DNA of 62,801 bases, counting the filler. It is 4 parts of 4 records of this genome, joined end to end, with 100 filler letters (N's around TTAATTAATTAA, not from the genome) between each part and the next. Parts side by side here need not be neighbours in the genome. Positions count along the whole stretch, not along the records: positions 1 to 28,209 come from SRR20825019_1416; 3 more parts are not named here. One strand, 5' to 3'. Below are positions 1 through 9,188 of the stretch, one piece after another. Numbering within the stretch: the first letter of the stretch is position 1; the number at the start of each line of letters is the position of its first letter. Below the pieces are notes generated by a model. It worked only from the letters and a program-made list of their open reading frames with translations, was not told the DNA's origin and made no database searches. A program made the position numbers and the translations under genes.

Positions 1-1238
1 TTGATGTCGATGATCTGGGCACCGTTTTCTACCTGGTCGCGGGCGACGCTGAGGGCCTCTTCGTACTGCTCCTCTTTGATCAGCCGCAGGAATCGCTTGG
101 AGCCCGTCACGTTTGTGCGCTCACCCACGTTGATGAACAGGGTGTTCTCGTCACCCGTAAACGGTTCAAGGCCGGACAGCCTCAGCGCGGGTTTCTGCTC
201 TGGTATCTTTCGTGGCGGGTATTTGGAAACCGCTTTCGCGATGGCTTCGATATGGTCCGGGCGTGAGCCACAGCAACCACCGATGATGTTCAGAAACCCG
301 TCACGGGCAAAGCCTTCAATAATCTCCGCCATTTCTTCCGGCGTCTGGTCATACTCGCCGAATTCGTTCGGCAGCCCGGCATTGGGGTGGGCGCTGACGT
401 AGGTCGTCGATTTATTGGCGAGCTCTTCCACGTAGGGGCGCAGGGCGTCGGCACCGAGGGCGCAGTTCAGACCGACTGAAACAGGCCTGGCGTGAGATAC
501 GGAATTCCAGAATGCCTCGGTGGTCTGGCCAGACAGGGTGCGGCCTGAAGCGTCGGTAATAGTGCCGGAAATCATGATTGGCAACTCAATACCACTGTCG
601 ATGAAGTACTGCTGGGTGGCGTAGATCGCAGCCTTGGCGTTCAGTGTATCGAAAATGGTTTCGATCAGGATAAGGTCAGAGCCGCCTTGAACAAGGCCTT
701 CCACCGCTTCGTAATAATTGTCGACCAGGGTCTGGAAATCGACGTTGCGATATCCAGGGTTGTTAACATCCGGTGAAATGGATGCAGTGCGGGATGTCGG
801 GCCAACCGCACCGGCCACGAAACGCGGCTTCTCCGGGTTGCGGGCGGTGAATTCGTCCGCAATCTGGCGCGCCAGTTTTGCCGCTTCAATATTCAATTCC
901 TTCGCAATCGATTCGAGACCATAGTCGGCCTGCGACAGCTGGGTGGAGTTGAAGGTGTTGGTTTCAATAATGTCAGCGCCGGCTTCAAGATAGTCCGCGT
1001 GTATATTGCGGAGCAGGGCGGGCTGGGTCAGGTTCAACAGGTCATTATTGCCCTGAACCTCACGGTCATAATCGGCAAACCGGTCGCCACGGAACGCTGC
1101 CTCGTCCAGTTTCAGGTTCTGGATCATGGTGCCCATGCCGCCATCAAGGACGATGATGCGTTCTTTCAGGGCGTTGCCAAGCTGTTCCAGGCGGTCCAGG
1201 CGGTCCAGGCGGTCCAGGCGAGCGTTGTGGTCGGTCAT
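1..1238 (-). CDS. metH: Cobalamin-dependent methionine synthase, N-terminal part (runs off the window)
   Basis: Minus-strand translation from ATG at 1238 gives [40 protein letters not shown]; contains GLNCALG, GGCCG and [13 protein letters not shown] motifs. Absent from the ORF track because it has no stop in the window. Confidence 0.95.
   Translation of the reverse strand, partial: MTDHNARLDRLDRLDRLEQLGNALKERIIVLDGGMGTMIQNLKLDEAAFRGDRFADYDREVQGNNDLLNLTQPALLRNIHADYLEAGADIIETNTFNSTQLSQADYGLESIAKELNIEAAKLARQIADEFTARNPEKPRFVAGAVGPTSRTASISPDVNNPGYRNVDFQTLVDNYYEAVEGLVQGGSDLILIETIFDTLNAKAAIYATQQYFIDSGIELPIMISGTITDASGRTLSGQTTEAFWNSVSHARPVSVGLNCALGADALRPYVEELANKSTTYVSAHPNAGLPNEFGEYDQTPEEMAEIIEGFARDGFLNIIGGCCGSRPDHIEAIAKAVSKYPPRKIPEQKPALRLSGLEPFTGDENTLFINVGERTNVTGSKRFLRLIKEEQYEEALSVARDQVENGAQIIDI
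1186..1220. repeat. 9-bp tandem repeat TCCAGGCGG x~3.9 within the metH 5' end (encodes RLD repeats)
   Basis: Units at 1186, 1195, 1204 and 1213 (last is 8/9). Confidence 0.9.
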
Positions 1239-1423
1239 ATCAATTACTTCCGGAAGTCGTTTTTGTCTCAATGGCGCGCGATCATAGCAAAAATGGCGGT
1301 TGTCGTCCCACGGCCTCATGATGTTGATCAATGGACCGATTAAAGTCTGACTATTTTACTTGGTCTTTCATGTTGCAGCGATCTCACTTAAAATGAAGGA
1401 ACACTTTCAAACGGGTTGCAACT

Positions 1424-2011
1424 ATGGCATTGGTTACGGTGACAGATCCCGCTCGGGATTACCTTGCACAACTTATCGAAAAACAGGATGTGGAGGGCAT
1501 GGGTGTCCGTATTTTTGTAACCCAGCCCGGCACCAAGAACGCCGAGACCTGCCTTGCCTACTGCCCGCCGAACGAAATTGTACCGACGGACGAGCAGGTT
1601 GATCTGGGCAAGTTCACGCTGTTTCTTGATCACAATTCGGTGCCGTTCCTGGAAGAAGCCTTTGTGGACTACTCCAAGGACCAGATGGGCGGGCAGCTGA
1701 CCATTAAAGCGCCTAACGCCAAGGTGCCCAACGTTGATGAGAACGCGCCCTTGCCAGATCGTATCCAGTATATCCTGGCGTCGGAAATCAATCCCAACCT
1801 CGCGGCTCATGGTGGCGAAGTGTCCCTGGTGGAAGTAGCCGAGGAATCCATTGCCGTTCTGCGATTTGGCGGGGGTTGCCAGGGTTGCAGTGCGGTGAGT
1901 CTCACACTGAAGCAGGGTGTTGAATCGACGTTGAAAGAGCGTGTTCCTGAGATAACGGCCGTTCGCGACGTTACCGATCATACCTACACAGAAAATGCTT
2001 ACTATCAGTAA
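1424..2011 (+). CDS. nfuA: Fe-S biogenesis protein NfuA
   Basis: Degenerate A-type N-domain plus NifU-C domain with GGCQGC (CxxC); ends VRDVTDH..YY. Confidence 0.95.
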   Translation: MALVTVTDPARDYLAQLIEKQDVEGMGVRIFVTQPGTKNAETCLAYCPPNEIVPTDEQVDLGKFTLFLDHNSVPFLEEAFVDYSKDQMGGQLTIKAPNAKVPNVDENAPLPDRIQYILASEINPNLAAHGGEVSLVEVAEESIAVLRFGGGCQGCSAVSLTLKQGVESTLKERVPEITAVRDVTDHTYTENAYYQ

Positions 2012-2040
2012 GATAAGGCATGTTCTAAAAGCATGACATG

Positions 2041-2069
2041 AAGCCGGCCGATGCCGGCTTTTTTGTTTT
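2041..2069 (+). terminator. Rho-independent terminator after nfuA
   Basis: AAGCCGGC-CGAT-GCCGGCTT followed by a T-run. Confidence 0.8.
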
Positions 2070-2262
2070 TGGTGCGGGTGTTTGTCAGTCGCGGTTTGTC
2101 AGTACCAGGTTTGTGAGTGCCATGAGTGCCGCGCTATCGTCGTTGCTGTGGCGGAACGGCCAATGTTGGATAATTCGATTTACCTCATTATCCGTCACAT
2201 AATCTGAATCGAACGATGGGTAAGATACCCGTCATACAAAATTACGGCGCGTCCTCATCACC

Positions 2263-3492
2263 GTGCCCGCCAATCACACACTGGGGTTTGTCTTGGTTGA
2301 TGTAGCACTTTTCTCTGTGCCACTCATGGCAGCTATTGTCGGCTGGTTTACCAATTGGCTGGCGATCCATATGTCATTCAACCCCATCCAGTTTGTGGGT
2401 ATTGGCGTTATTGGCTGGCAGGGAGTGATTCCCCGCAAGGCCGAGAAAATGGCCCACATCTGTATTGACCGCACCCTGCAGCAGTTTGGTGATCTGAACG
2501 CCGTCTACCAGCAGCTGGAACCACAACGAATTGTTGAACAGGTGATTTCCCAGGTGAATCCCCGCATGGACGAATACATTGACGAAGTGATGTATGACAT
2601 CCAACCGGTGCTCTGGGACAACCTCCCGCTGTTCATGAAGAATCGCATCTATCGGTGGGGGCGGGAACAGCTCCCGTCGAGGATAGAGTCTCTGGTGGAG
2701 GATTTCGGGGATGACCTCAATGATCTCGTTGACCTGAAGGCTTTGCTGAGCCGGGAGCTGAAAACCCATCCGGACCTGATGAACCGGATTTTCATGGAAG
2801 CGGGCTCAGTCGAGCTACGGTCGGTTATCAATCGAGGGGCGATCATTGGCGGCCTGCTGGGTGCCTTGTTGGCCCCCGCCTGGGTGCGCTACCCCGAACC
2901 ATGGCTGTTGCCGGTCGGCGGCTTTGCAGTGGGGTTCCTGACCAACTGGATTGCCATCAACCTGATTTTTCGCCCGCTCAAACCCCGGCGCTTCCTGTTT
3001 TGGCGTTTGCAGGGTCTGTTCCTGCAGCGTCAGCCGGAGATCAGCGACGTATGGGCAAGGTTGGTGGCGGAGGAACTGATCACCGTTGAGAAAGTGGCTG
3101 ACGCCATGATCAACGGTAACCGTGGGGATCGCACGCGGGCGATCATCCAGAAGCATCTGAGGCCACTGCTGGACAACTCGATGGTCATGAAGCTCGGCGC
3201 CCAGGTTACTGTTGGTATGACCGGGTACACGGAACTTAAAAAAGCCATGAACCATAAGGCGGTGCTGGCCACCCGTGATGTCTTCGGGGACCCGGCATTC
3301 AACCGAGAGAGGGCACCGGTGGTGGCCGGGGTGCTGGCCGGGCAGATGAAGTCGCTGGCGCCGGCTGAGTTTCAGGATATCCTGCGGCCGGCATTTCGAG
3401 AGGAAGAGATTCAGCTCATGCTGGTTGGGGGAATATTGGGTTCCCTGGCGGGTGCGCTTCAGTTTTTGATTATGAGCAACGTATTGAACTAG
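2263..3492 (+). CDS. DUF445-family membrane protein
   Basis: Duplicated GWFTNWLAI/GFLTNWIAI...F.P motifs, WQGVIP, C-terminal VGGILG helix; start may be downstream (2326). Confidence 0.75.
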   Translation: MPANHTLGFVLVDVALFSVPLMAAIVGWFTNWLAIHMSFNPIQFVGIGVIGWQGVIPRKAEKMAHICIDRTLQQFGDLNAVYQQLEPQRIVEQVISQVNPRMDEYIDEVMYDIQPVLWDNLPLFMKNRIYRWGREQLPSRIESLVEDFGDDLNDLVDLKALLSRELKTHPDLMNRIFMEAGSVELRSVINRGAIIGGLLGALLAPAWVRYPEPWLLPVGGFAVGFLTNWIAINLIFRPLKPRRFLFWRLQGLFLQRQPEISDVWARLVAEELITVEKVADAMINGNRGDRTRAIIQKHLRPLLDNSMVMKLGAQVTVGMTGYTELKKAMNHKAVLATRDVFGDPAFNRERAPVVAGVLAGQMKSLAPAEFQDILRPAFREEEIQLMLVGGILGSLAGALQFLIMSNVLN

Positions 3493-3540
3493 GCGCCTGG
3501 GGCACGGTTCCCTGCGTAATGAGTTGACCAGGAGGGCAGT

Positions 3541-3870
3541 ATGGAATTTGGATGGGCAGTCGCGATACAGGCCCTGGTAACAGGATGCGTCGTACTTTCA
3601 GTGCTGGCAGGCTTCTGGTTCGGCATTGTGCGACCACATCTTGATCGCAAGGTGGCGGAGCTTATCGACGCGTCGCGGGAGATAGAGCCCAGAGTCAGGC
3701 AGGGTGTACGGGAAGGCGTGGAAGAAACTCTTCGGGAGCTGCCGGAGAGTACGGTGAAAGAATCTACCCGCCAGTTCCTCCGGTTCGGTTCGGGGCTGTT
3801 CGAAAACGGCCTCAGTAGCTTTCTGGGAGAGGTATCTGACCCCGGTCGAAAGCCCCGAAACGATTCATAG
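3541..3870 (+). CDS. Hypothetical membrane-anchored protein
   Basis: AGGAGG RBS; N-terminal TM helix then amphipathic helical region. Confidence 0.7.
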   Translation: MEFGWAVAIQALVTGCVVLSVLAGFWFGIVRPHLDRKVAELIDASREIEPRVRQGVREGVEETLRELPESTVKESTRQFLRFGSGLFENGLSSFLGEVSDPGRKPRNDS

Positions 3871-4182
3871 ACAATTCGTCGGCCTTGGCAGACCTGCTAT
3901 GCGGCAGGCTGTTTTGGCCGGTGTACCGGGAAAGAGCTGCATCAGGTAAATGCTGTTGCCTTTCTCTTCGTTAAACGCCTCCCTGACCGCTTTTACAAAT
4001 AGCCTGTTTGAAGGTGGTGATATTTCATGTTGTTTGTAAAATTCCCTCAGGAATTCGATGATTTCCCAGTGATTGTCGGTTAACTCAATATTGTCGTCCG
4101 CCGCAATGTCACGGGCCACGTCAGGTGACCACGTCCAGGCGTCTTCCAGGAACCCTTCGTTGTTTCTCGTTGGAATCGTCAT
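3865..4182 (-). CDS. tusE: TusE/DsrC-family sulfur relay protein
   Basis: EGFL..WS, LT..HWEII.FLR, LFP, C-terminal AGLPRPTNCL; last gene of tusDCBE. Confidence 0.9.
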   Translation of the reverse strand: MTIPTRNNEGFLEDAWTWSPDVARDIAADDNIELTDNHWEIIEFLREFYKQHEISPPSNRLFVKAVREAFNEEKGNSIYLMQLFPGTPAKTACRIAGLPRPTNCL

Positions 4183-4463
4183 TACCAGCTGATCACTCTG
4201 GTTGCCTCGGTGGTCAGGGCCACCATTGTGTCAAAATCAATCGATTTTACGTCAAGTCCATCGACGGCGATGGCCCTGGCCTGCAGGTCAGAGGCCAATG
4301 CATAAACGGTACCCTTCAGCGTTGCTTCACGGTCCGCCAGGGCAAGCACACCTGATTCCGTCAGCAACAGGCCATCCTGGTCTGTGATGCTCGACAGGCA
4401 CGCTCCAAACGCCGGGTGATCCGGCCGCTTGTTGACGATGTGCAGGGTATGGATGGTTGCCAT
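4182..4463 (-). CDS. tusB: TusB/DsrH sulfurtransferase subunit
   Basis: TLHIV, LLL.E.GV, YAL..DL.AR, ends ISW; start moved to ATG at 4463 (GGAG RBS). Confidence 0.85.
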   Translation of the reverse strand: MATIHTLHIVNKRPDHPAFGACLSSITDQDGLLLTESGVLALADREATLKGTVYALASDLQARAIAVDGLDVKSIDFDTMVALTTEATRVISW

Positions 4464-4495
4464 CAATGCGCTCTCCGGGTGTTTGGGTTGCCTGC

Positions 4496-4846
4496 TCAGC
4501 TCAGGTTGACCACGTGGGCATAGTGTTCGAGCAGTTTGGCACACAGATCTGTCGTGGTAATGCCCGGCATCATATTCTCTTCGTTGAGGCCGTACCGCTT
4601 ACAGGCCTTGTGATCAGCCATCAGGGCGGAAACGCCAAAAATGGGCGCGGCTGACAGGTTCTTCTCCACCGATTTCTGCTGCACGGCGTCTGCTTGCTGG
4701 GCCTTGCGAAGCCAGTTAACGCCCTCTCCGGTGAACAGCAACGTCACCGGCTGGTCGAACGCGGCAAGGGAAAAGGCCATGTCCAGCGACTCACGGCCCG
4801 TCCAGTCGCAATACGGCGCGCGGCTAATGATCACCAACGTCTCCAT
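4496..4846 (-). CDS. tusC: TusC/DsrF sulfurtransferase subunit
   Basis: RAPY...RESLD, LLF.GEGV..L...Q; start moved to ATG at 4846. Confidence 0.85.
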   Translation of the reverse strand: METLVIISRAPYCDWTGRESLDMAFSLAAFDQPVTLLFTGEGVNWLRKAQQADAVQQKSVEKNLSAAPIFGVSALMADHKACKRYGLNEENMMPGITTTDLCAKLLEHYAHVVNLS

Positions 4847-4853
4847 GCCTGGC

Positions 4854-5270
4854 TCAACCCCCACTGTGAAAATAGATAACGCGATCAGAATGCGCCACGC
4901 TGTCAACCCACTCGCCCAAACCGGCAATAGTGAACGGTGAGGCGAGGTTGTTGGCGGGCAGTTCGTAGCGCTGTTGTTCGCTTTGGTCCACGATGCCCCG
5001 CCGAAGCGCCGACGCAATACAGGCAAAGCCGGCAACATCGTGGCTTCCGAGGAAATCCTGCCACGCCTGCGACCAGTTCACCTCATCCGAGGGCGGGCTG
5101 GTCAGTGCCGATGCCAGATGAACGCCATCGCCATAGAGGAATACCCGGTCAATTCTATGGCCGTTTGCCAGTACTGCCCTGGCGAAGGCGAGCGCTGTTT
5201 GTGGCGCCTGGGAGGAGTAGGGCGCTCCGGTAATGACCAGGGTAAAGGAGCAGGGTGTGTGCGGACTCAT
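4854..5270 (-). CDS. tusD: TusD/DsrE sulfurtransferase subunit
   Basis: GAPY, VFLYGDGV, active-site CIASALRRG, F.IAGLG. Confidence 0.9.
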   Translation of the reverse strand: MSPHTPCSFTLVITGAPYSSQAPQTALAFARAVLANGHRIDRVFLYGDGVHLASALTSPPSDEVNWSQAWQDFLGSHDVAGFACIASALRRGIVDQSEQQRYELPANNLASPFTIAGLGEWVDSVAHSDRVIYFHSGG

Positions 5271-5320
5271 ATGTGCCTGTTTGCCTGTTGGAGTTCAGAG
5301 TACAGTTTACCTCATGAATG

Positions 5321-5346
5321 AAAAAACCCCGACCGAGGTCGGGGTT
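5321..5346 (-). terminator. Intrinsic terminator after yccA
   Basis: AACCCCGACC/GGTCGGGGTT stem with U-run on the minus strand. Confidence 0.75.
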
Positions 5347-5385
5347 CTCTGGCAGTTGCCTGTCATCTGGATGATGCCAAGGCGA

Positions 5386-6081
5386 TCAGTCGTCGCCGCT
5401 GAACGCCATCATCAGGTGAAGCAGGCTGACGAACAGGTTGTAGATGGCCACATACAGGCCAACCGTGGCGATGATGTAGTTGCGCTCTCCGCCGTTGATG
5501 ATCCGGCTGGTTTCAAACAGGATCATGATCGAAGCGAAGATGGTGAAGCCAGCAGACACCGCCAGGTGCAGGATGGAGCTCTGCATGAAGAACGCCAGCA
5601 GCATCGCGCCGATCAGCACGAAGGCGCCCGCTGTCAGGAAGCTGGACAGGAAGCTGAAGTCCTTCTTGGTGATAATGGCCGTTGCCGACAGACCCACAAA
5701 CGCGGTTGCTGTCAGAGCCAGGGCATTCGCGACGATCTGGGAAGCGCCCGCTGCCACCATCTGGCCGATGATCGGGCCGAGGGTGAAGCCCATGAAGCCG
5801 GTAAGGGCGAACGTGGTTACGATACCCCAGGGGCTGTTCTTCAGCTTGTAGGTCGCGAACAGAAGGCCGATGTAGCCTACGATCGTGATCAGGAAGCCGG
5901 GATGCGTGCCGTTCATGTTCAGGAACGCAGTCAGTGCGGAGAATGCCAGAGTCATTCCCAGCAGCATGTAGGTATTGCGCAGCACGTTCATGGCATCTGC
6001 GCTGATACCCGTCGCCCGACCTTTTTCTGTGGTCGAATAGGCTCCCTGGTTTTGCTGGACGCCAAATCGTCTGTCTTCCAT
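5386..6081 (-). CDS. yccA: Bax inhibitor-1/YccA family membrane protein
   Basis: VLRNTY.LL..TL.FSA, GE.NYI.AT..LY..IYNLF; about 7 TM helices; tRNA-Ser/yccA/tus synteny; start ATG at 6081. Confidence 0.92.
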   Translation of the reverse strand: MEDRRFGVQQNQGAYSTTEKGRATGISADAMNVLRNTYMLLGMTLAFSALTAFLNMNGTHPGFLITIVGYIGLLFATYKLKNSPWGIVTTFALTGFMGFTLGPIIGQMVAAGASQIVANALALTATAFVGLSATAIITKKDFSFLSSFLTAGAFVLIGAMLLAFFMQSSILHLAVSAGFTIFASIMILFETSRIINGGERNYIIATVGLYVAIYNLFVSLLHLMMAFSGDD

Positions 6082-6236
6082 TGTCTTCTCCGTCTGTGTG
6101 TCACAACCGTTTGAATCTAACACTCATCATAATGCCAGATACACAACTTTCAATCATTTACGACAGAAAACGGCCTCGCGGATTTCATTAAATAGAGTTA
6201 ATGTTGAATCGAAAGGAAGACGATGTGGCCAGGGCG

Positions 6237-6264
6237 TTGACAGGAAACGGAATTCCGGTATCAT
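6237..6264 (+). promoter_or_regulatory. Sigma70 promoter of tRNA-Ser
   Basis: TTGACA (6237) - 16 bp - TATCAT (6259), followed by a GC-rich discriminator. Confidence 0.8.
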
Positions 6265-6300
6265 GCTCCCCGCTGTCGCAATGACGGCTGTGGAGAAAAC

Positions 6301-6391
6301 GGTGGGCTGGCAGAGCGGCTGAATGCAGCGGTCTTGAAAACCGCCGAAGGTTAGTAGCCTTCCCGGGGTTCGAATCCCTGGCCCACCGCCA
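6301..6391 (+). tRNA. tRNA-Ser (anticodon TGA)
   Basis: Acceptor stem GGTGGGC/GCCCACC + G + CCA; anticodon arm GCGGT-CTTGAAA-ACCGC; long variable arm; GGTTCGAATCC T-loop. Confidence 0.97.
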
Positions 6392-6448
6392 CTTTCTCTT
6401 CCTTCCCTGATATTTCCCGTATCCTTTCAAACTGTTTCGTTAGTGCTT

Positions 6449-7183
6449 CTAATTCGTGGCCAATGCTTTGCGAATCGCCCGAATGCCACTCAGCGCTGCC
6501 TCATTGTCACCGTGTACGCACAGGCTGTCGGCTGGCAGTGTCAGCCAGTTACCGGATGAACTGTAGACTCCACCGTTTTTAGCGAACGATACCGCCTGAT
6601 TGACAATCTTGTCTGCAGACTGATGTACCGCCCCTGGAAGGCGACGGGATACCAACTGACCCTCGTCATCGTAGGCGCGGTCGGCAAAGGCTTCCAGCAG
6701 GATGGGGAGACCAACATAGTCCGCCAGTTTGCGGTGTTGTTCGTGTTTGACCGTCACCGGGAGCATCAGCGGCAGATCCTGCTGATAGCTTCTAACCGCG
6801 GTCATAACGGCTTCCAGGGTGCTCATGTCCCGCATCATGTCGTTGTTCAGGGCACCGTGGGGTTTTACGTAAGACAGTGTCAGGCCCTCGGCCCGACATA
6901 GTCCCTGTAGCGCGCCAAGCTGATAGAGGATCAGGGCGTGAATTTCCTCGGGGCTGTGGCTGATGGAGCGGCGGCCAAAACCGGCGAGGTCGTGATAGGA
7001 GGGATGGGCACCGATCTCTACTCCGTGCTTCGCTGCCAGAGCCACGGTTTTCTGCATGACCGAAGGGTCCCCGGCGTGAAAGCCGCAGGCGACGTTGGCC
7101 ATATCGATAAGGGGCATCACCTGATCGTCCTGGCCCATACGCCAGGCACCGTAGCTTTCCCCCAAGTCACAATTCAGTTTCAT
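6449..7183 (-). CDS. pxpA: 5-oxoprolinase subunit A (LamB/YcsF family)
   Basis: LNCDLGES, ANVACGFHAGDP, GAHPSY, YVKPHGAL, EAFADRAY, CVHGD; start ATG at 7183. Confidence 0.92.
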   Translation of the reverse strand: MKLNCDLGESYGAWRMGQDDQVMPLIDMANVACGFHAGDPSVMQKTVALAAKHGVEIGAHPSYHDLAGFGRRSISHSPEEIHALILYQLGALQGLCRAEGLTLSYVKPHGALNNDMMRDMSTLEAVMTAVRSYQQDLPLMLPVTVKHEQHRKLADYVGLPILLEAFADRAYDDEGQLVSRRLPGAVHQSADKIVNQAVSFAKNGGVYSSSGNWLTLPADSLCVHGDNEAALSGIRAIRKALATN

Positions 7184-7184
7184 C

Positions 7185-8294
7185 TCACAGCTCCCGGCCC
7201 GGGTACTGGGCCTGTCTCTGTTCCTCCGCGAGCCTGACCCTCTCTGCCAGTTCTTCGGGTTCATTGCGCGGCACCTGCCAGCCCTGCAGGTTCTCCTCAA
7301 TCAGCTGCGTCAGGGCGTCGATATGTCCCGGTGTGGCATTGAGGGCGGAAATATAGCTGAAACCCTCGCCGCCGGCTTCCATGAAGTATTCACGGTTTTC
7401 CTCGTCAATCTCTTCGATGGTTTCGAGGCAATCCGCCGAAAAGCCGGGGCAGAACACATCTATAGATGTTACGCCTTTTTGGGGCAGTGCTTTAAGGGTT
7501 TCGTCAGTATAGGGCTGCAGCCACTCTTCCCGGCCAAAACGTGACTGGAAGGTGGTCAGGTATTCATCCTTTCCAAGGCCAAGCCGTTCTGCCAGCAGGC
7601 GGGAAGTCTTGTGGCACTCACAGTGGTACGGGTCCCCGCGCTCAAGGTACTTCAGGGGAACTCCGTGATAGGAGAGGATCAGTTTCTGGTTGCGCCCATG
7701 CTTGTCCCAGTGCGCCTGGATATGGCTGGCCATAGCCTCAATGTAAGGTGGGTAGTCCGGGTAGTGGGACACAAACCTCAGATCGGGCAGCCAGCGCCGA
7801 CGGGTAAAATTATGGGCAATGGCATCGAATGTCGAGGCCGAGGTCGAGGCGGAATACTGCGGGTACAGGGGCAGTACCAGCAACCGGCGAACCCCCTGCG
7901 CCTGCATTTCATCAAGCACCTTTGGGATTCCCGGGTTGCCATATCGCATGGCAAATCCCACCAGGAGGTTATTGCCGTGTTTCGCCTGCAGTTGTTTGCG
8001 AATCGCTTCGGCTTGCCTGGCGGTGTGAATCAACAACGGCGATCCTTCCGGTTGCCACACGCCAGCATAGGCTTTGGCTGACCGGCTGGGACGCAGTCGC
8101 AGGATAATGCCATGGAGTATCAGCCACCAGATCGGGCGCGGCACTTCAACCACCCTGGGATCCCAGAGGAATTCCCCCAGATAACGGCGCAGGGCAGAGG
8201 TGGTTGGGGCATCCGGTGTTCCCAGATTGGTGATCAGTACTCCGGTTTTTTCGGGATGGTCATGGCGAAAATCGGCGGTACCCTTGTACGGCAT
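7185..8294 (-). CDS. hemH: Ferrochelatase
   Basis: NLGTPDAP, LPLYPQYS, SYHG.P, FQSRFG...WL.P.T, F.ADCLET.EEI. Confidence 0.96.
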   Translation of the reverse strand: MPYKGTADFRHDHPEKTGVLITNLGTPDAPTTSALRRYLGEFLWDPRVVEVPRPIWWLILHGIILRLRPSRSAKAYAGVWQPEGSPLLIHTARQAEAIRKQLQAKHGNNLLVGFAMRYGNPGIPKVLDEMQAQGVRRLLVLPLYPQYSASTSASTFDAIAHNFTRRRWLPDLRFVSHYPDYPPYIEAMASHIQAHWDKHGRNQKLILSYHGVPLKYLERGDPYHCECHKTSRLLAERLGLGKDEYLTTFQSRFGREEWLQPYTDETLKALPQKGVTSIDVFCPGFSADCLETIEEIDEENREYFMEAGGEGFSYISALNATPGHIDALTQLIEENLQGWQVPRNEPEELAERVRLAEEQRQAQYPGREL

Positions 8295-8339
8295 GGTTCT
8301 GGATCCTGGAGAATGATGGGTGTCCGTTCAGAAAGTGGC

Positions 8340-8771
8340 TCAGGAGCGTTTCCCTGCCTGCTGGGCCATCCGCGGCGCCAGCCCGCCAACATCGTAACCA
8401 GCTTTACGGGCCTTGTTGACAATGTCGTGGGCCGGCTCGGTGCGTGCCGAACTCAGTGCCCAGAGCACGGTGCAGCGGGTTCCGGAGCGGCAGAAAGCAA
8501 GTACGGGCTTGTCTGCCTGACGGATCATTGCATCAAAGCGGTCAACGTCGTTGTCAAAGATATTCCCGGACTCGACCGGCAGATACACCCACTCCATCCC
8601 GTTTGCGCGAGCTGCGGCCTCTATGTCGGCCATGCCCGGCTGGCCGGGCTCTTCGGCATCGGGGCGATTGGCAACGAGTGTTTTGAAGCCGAGTTTTGCA
8701 GCTTCGCTAACGTCCTCCACAGTGAGCTGGGGCGAGACTGAAATCGTGTCGTCGATACGTCTGATGTCCAT
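8340..8771 (-). CDS. TIGR01244/DUF442-type sulfur transferase (phosphatase-fold rhodanese-like)
   Basis: SPQ, NRPD.E.PGQP, PVLAFCRSGTR (CX5R). Confidence 0.85.
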   Translation of the reverse strand: MDIRRIDDTISVSPQLTVEDVSEAAKLGFKTLVANRPDAEEPGQPGMADIEAAARANGMEWVYLPVESGNIFDNDVDRFDAMIRQADKPVLAFCRSGTRCTVLWALSSARTEPAHDIVNKARKAGYDVGGLAPRMAQQAGKRS

Positions 8772-8870
8772 AAGCGATCCTTTTGCCGGTCACATAAATG
8801 CCTCAGCATAATGCCACAGGACATAGCCGCTGTCAGAGCCCGGGCCATGGGAAGTTTTAATCCAGGAGAT

Positions 8871-8898
8871 AAAAAAAGCCCGGCACTGGTGGCCGGGC
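8871..8898 (-). terminator. Intrinsic terminator (orphan; ends the candidate sRNA)
   Basis: GCCCGGC-CACCAGT-GCCGGGC-TTTTTTT on the minus strand. Confidence 0.8.
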
Positions 8899-8963
8899 AG
8901 AGGCGTGCGAGTAGTATCCATGAAAGACTTCCAGACAAACCGGCATCAGCAGGGACACCGGTA
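8871..8963 (-). ncRNA. Candidate orphan small RNA (~92 nt)
   Basis: TTGAAG-16-AATACT promoter-like element, 5' stem-loop with G-U pairs, and GC-rich terminator with U7; no credible minus-strand CDS feeds into it. Confidence 0.55.
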
Positions 8964-9188
8964 CAGTGAAGTATTGACCATATTTTGAACACTTCAAGCC
9001 AGTGAGCGATTCGTTTGATCACATTTTTTCATATTGAAAGTGTGCTTATACTAAAGCCGCTCGCTGTGGGCCTTTCAGGCGATTTGGTTTCAGCCCTGAC
9101 GCAGAGATATTGGCCTGTTGACTGAAATTCAGTGCCCGCTGTAATACAATAATGAGCCATTGAGAGTCCAACGCCTCCGAGGTTTTGC

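Noticed and set aside
3865..5270. dsrEFHC as evidence of dissimilatory sulfur oxidation
   Set aside because: No dsrAB or dsrMKJOP; the tRNA-Ser/yccA context indicates the tus tRNA-thiolation locus
6301..6450. Genomic island integrated at tRNA-Ser
   Set aside because: No integrase and no duplicated tRNA 3' end; housekeeping genes follow directly
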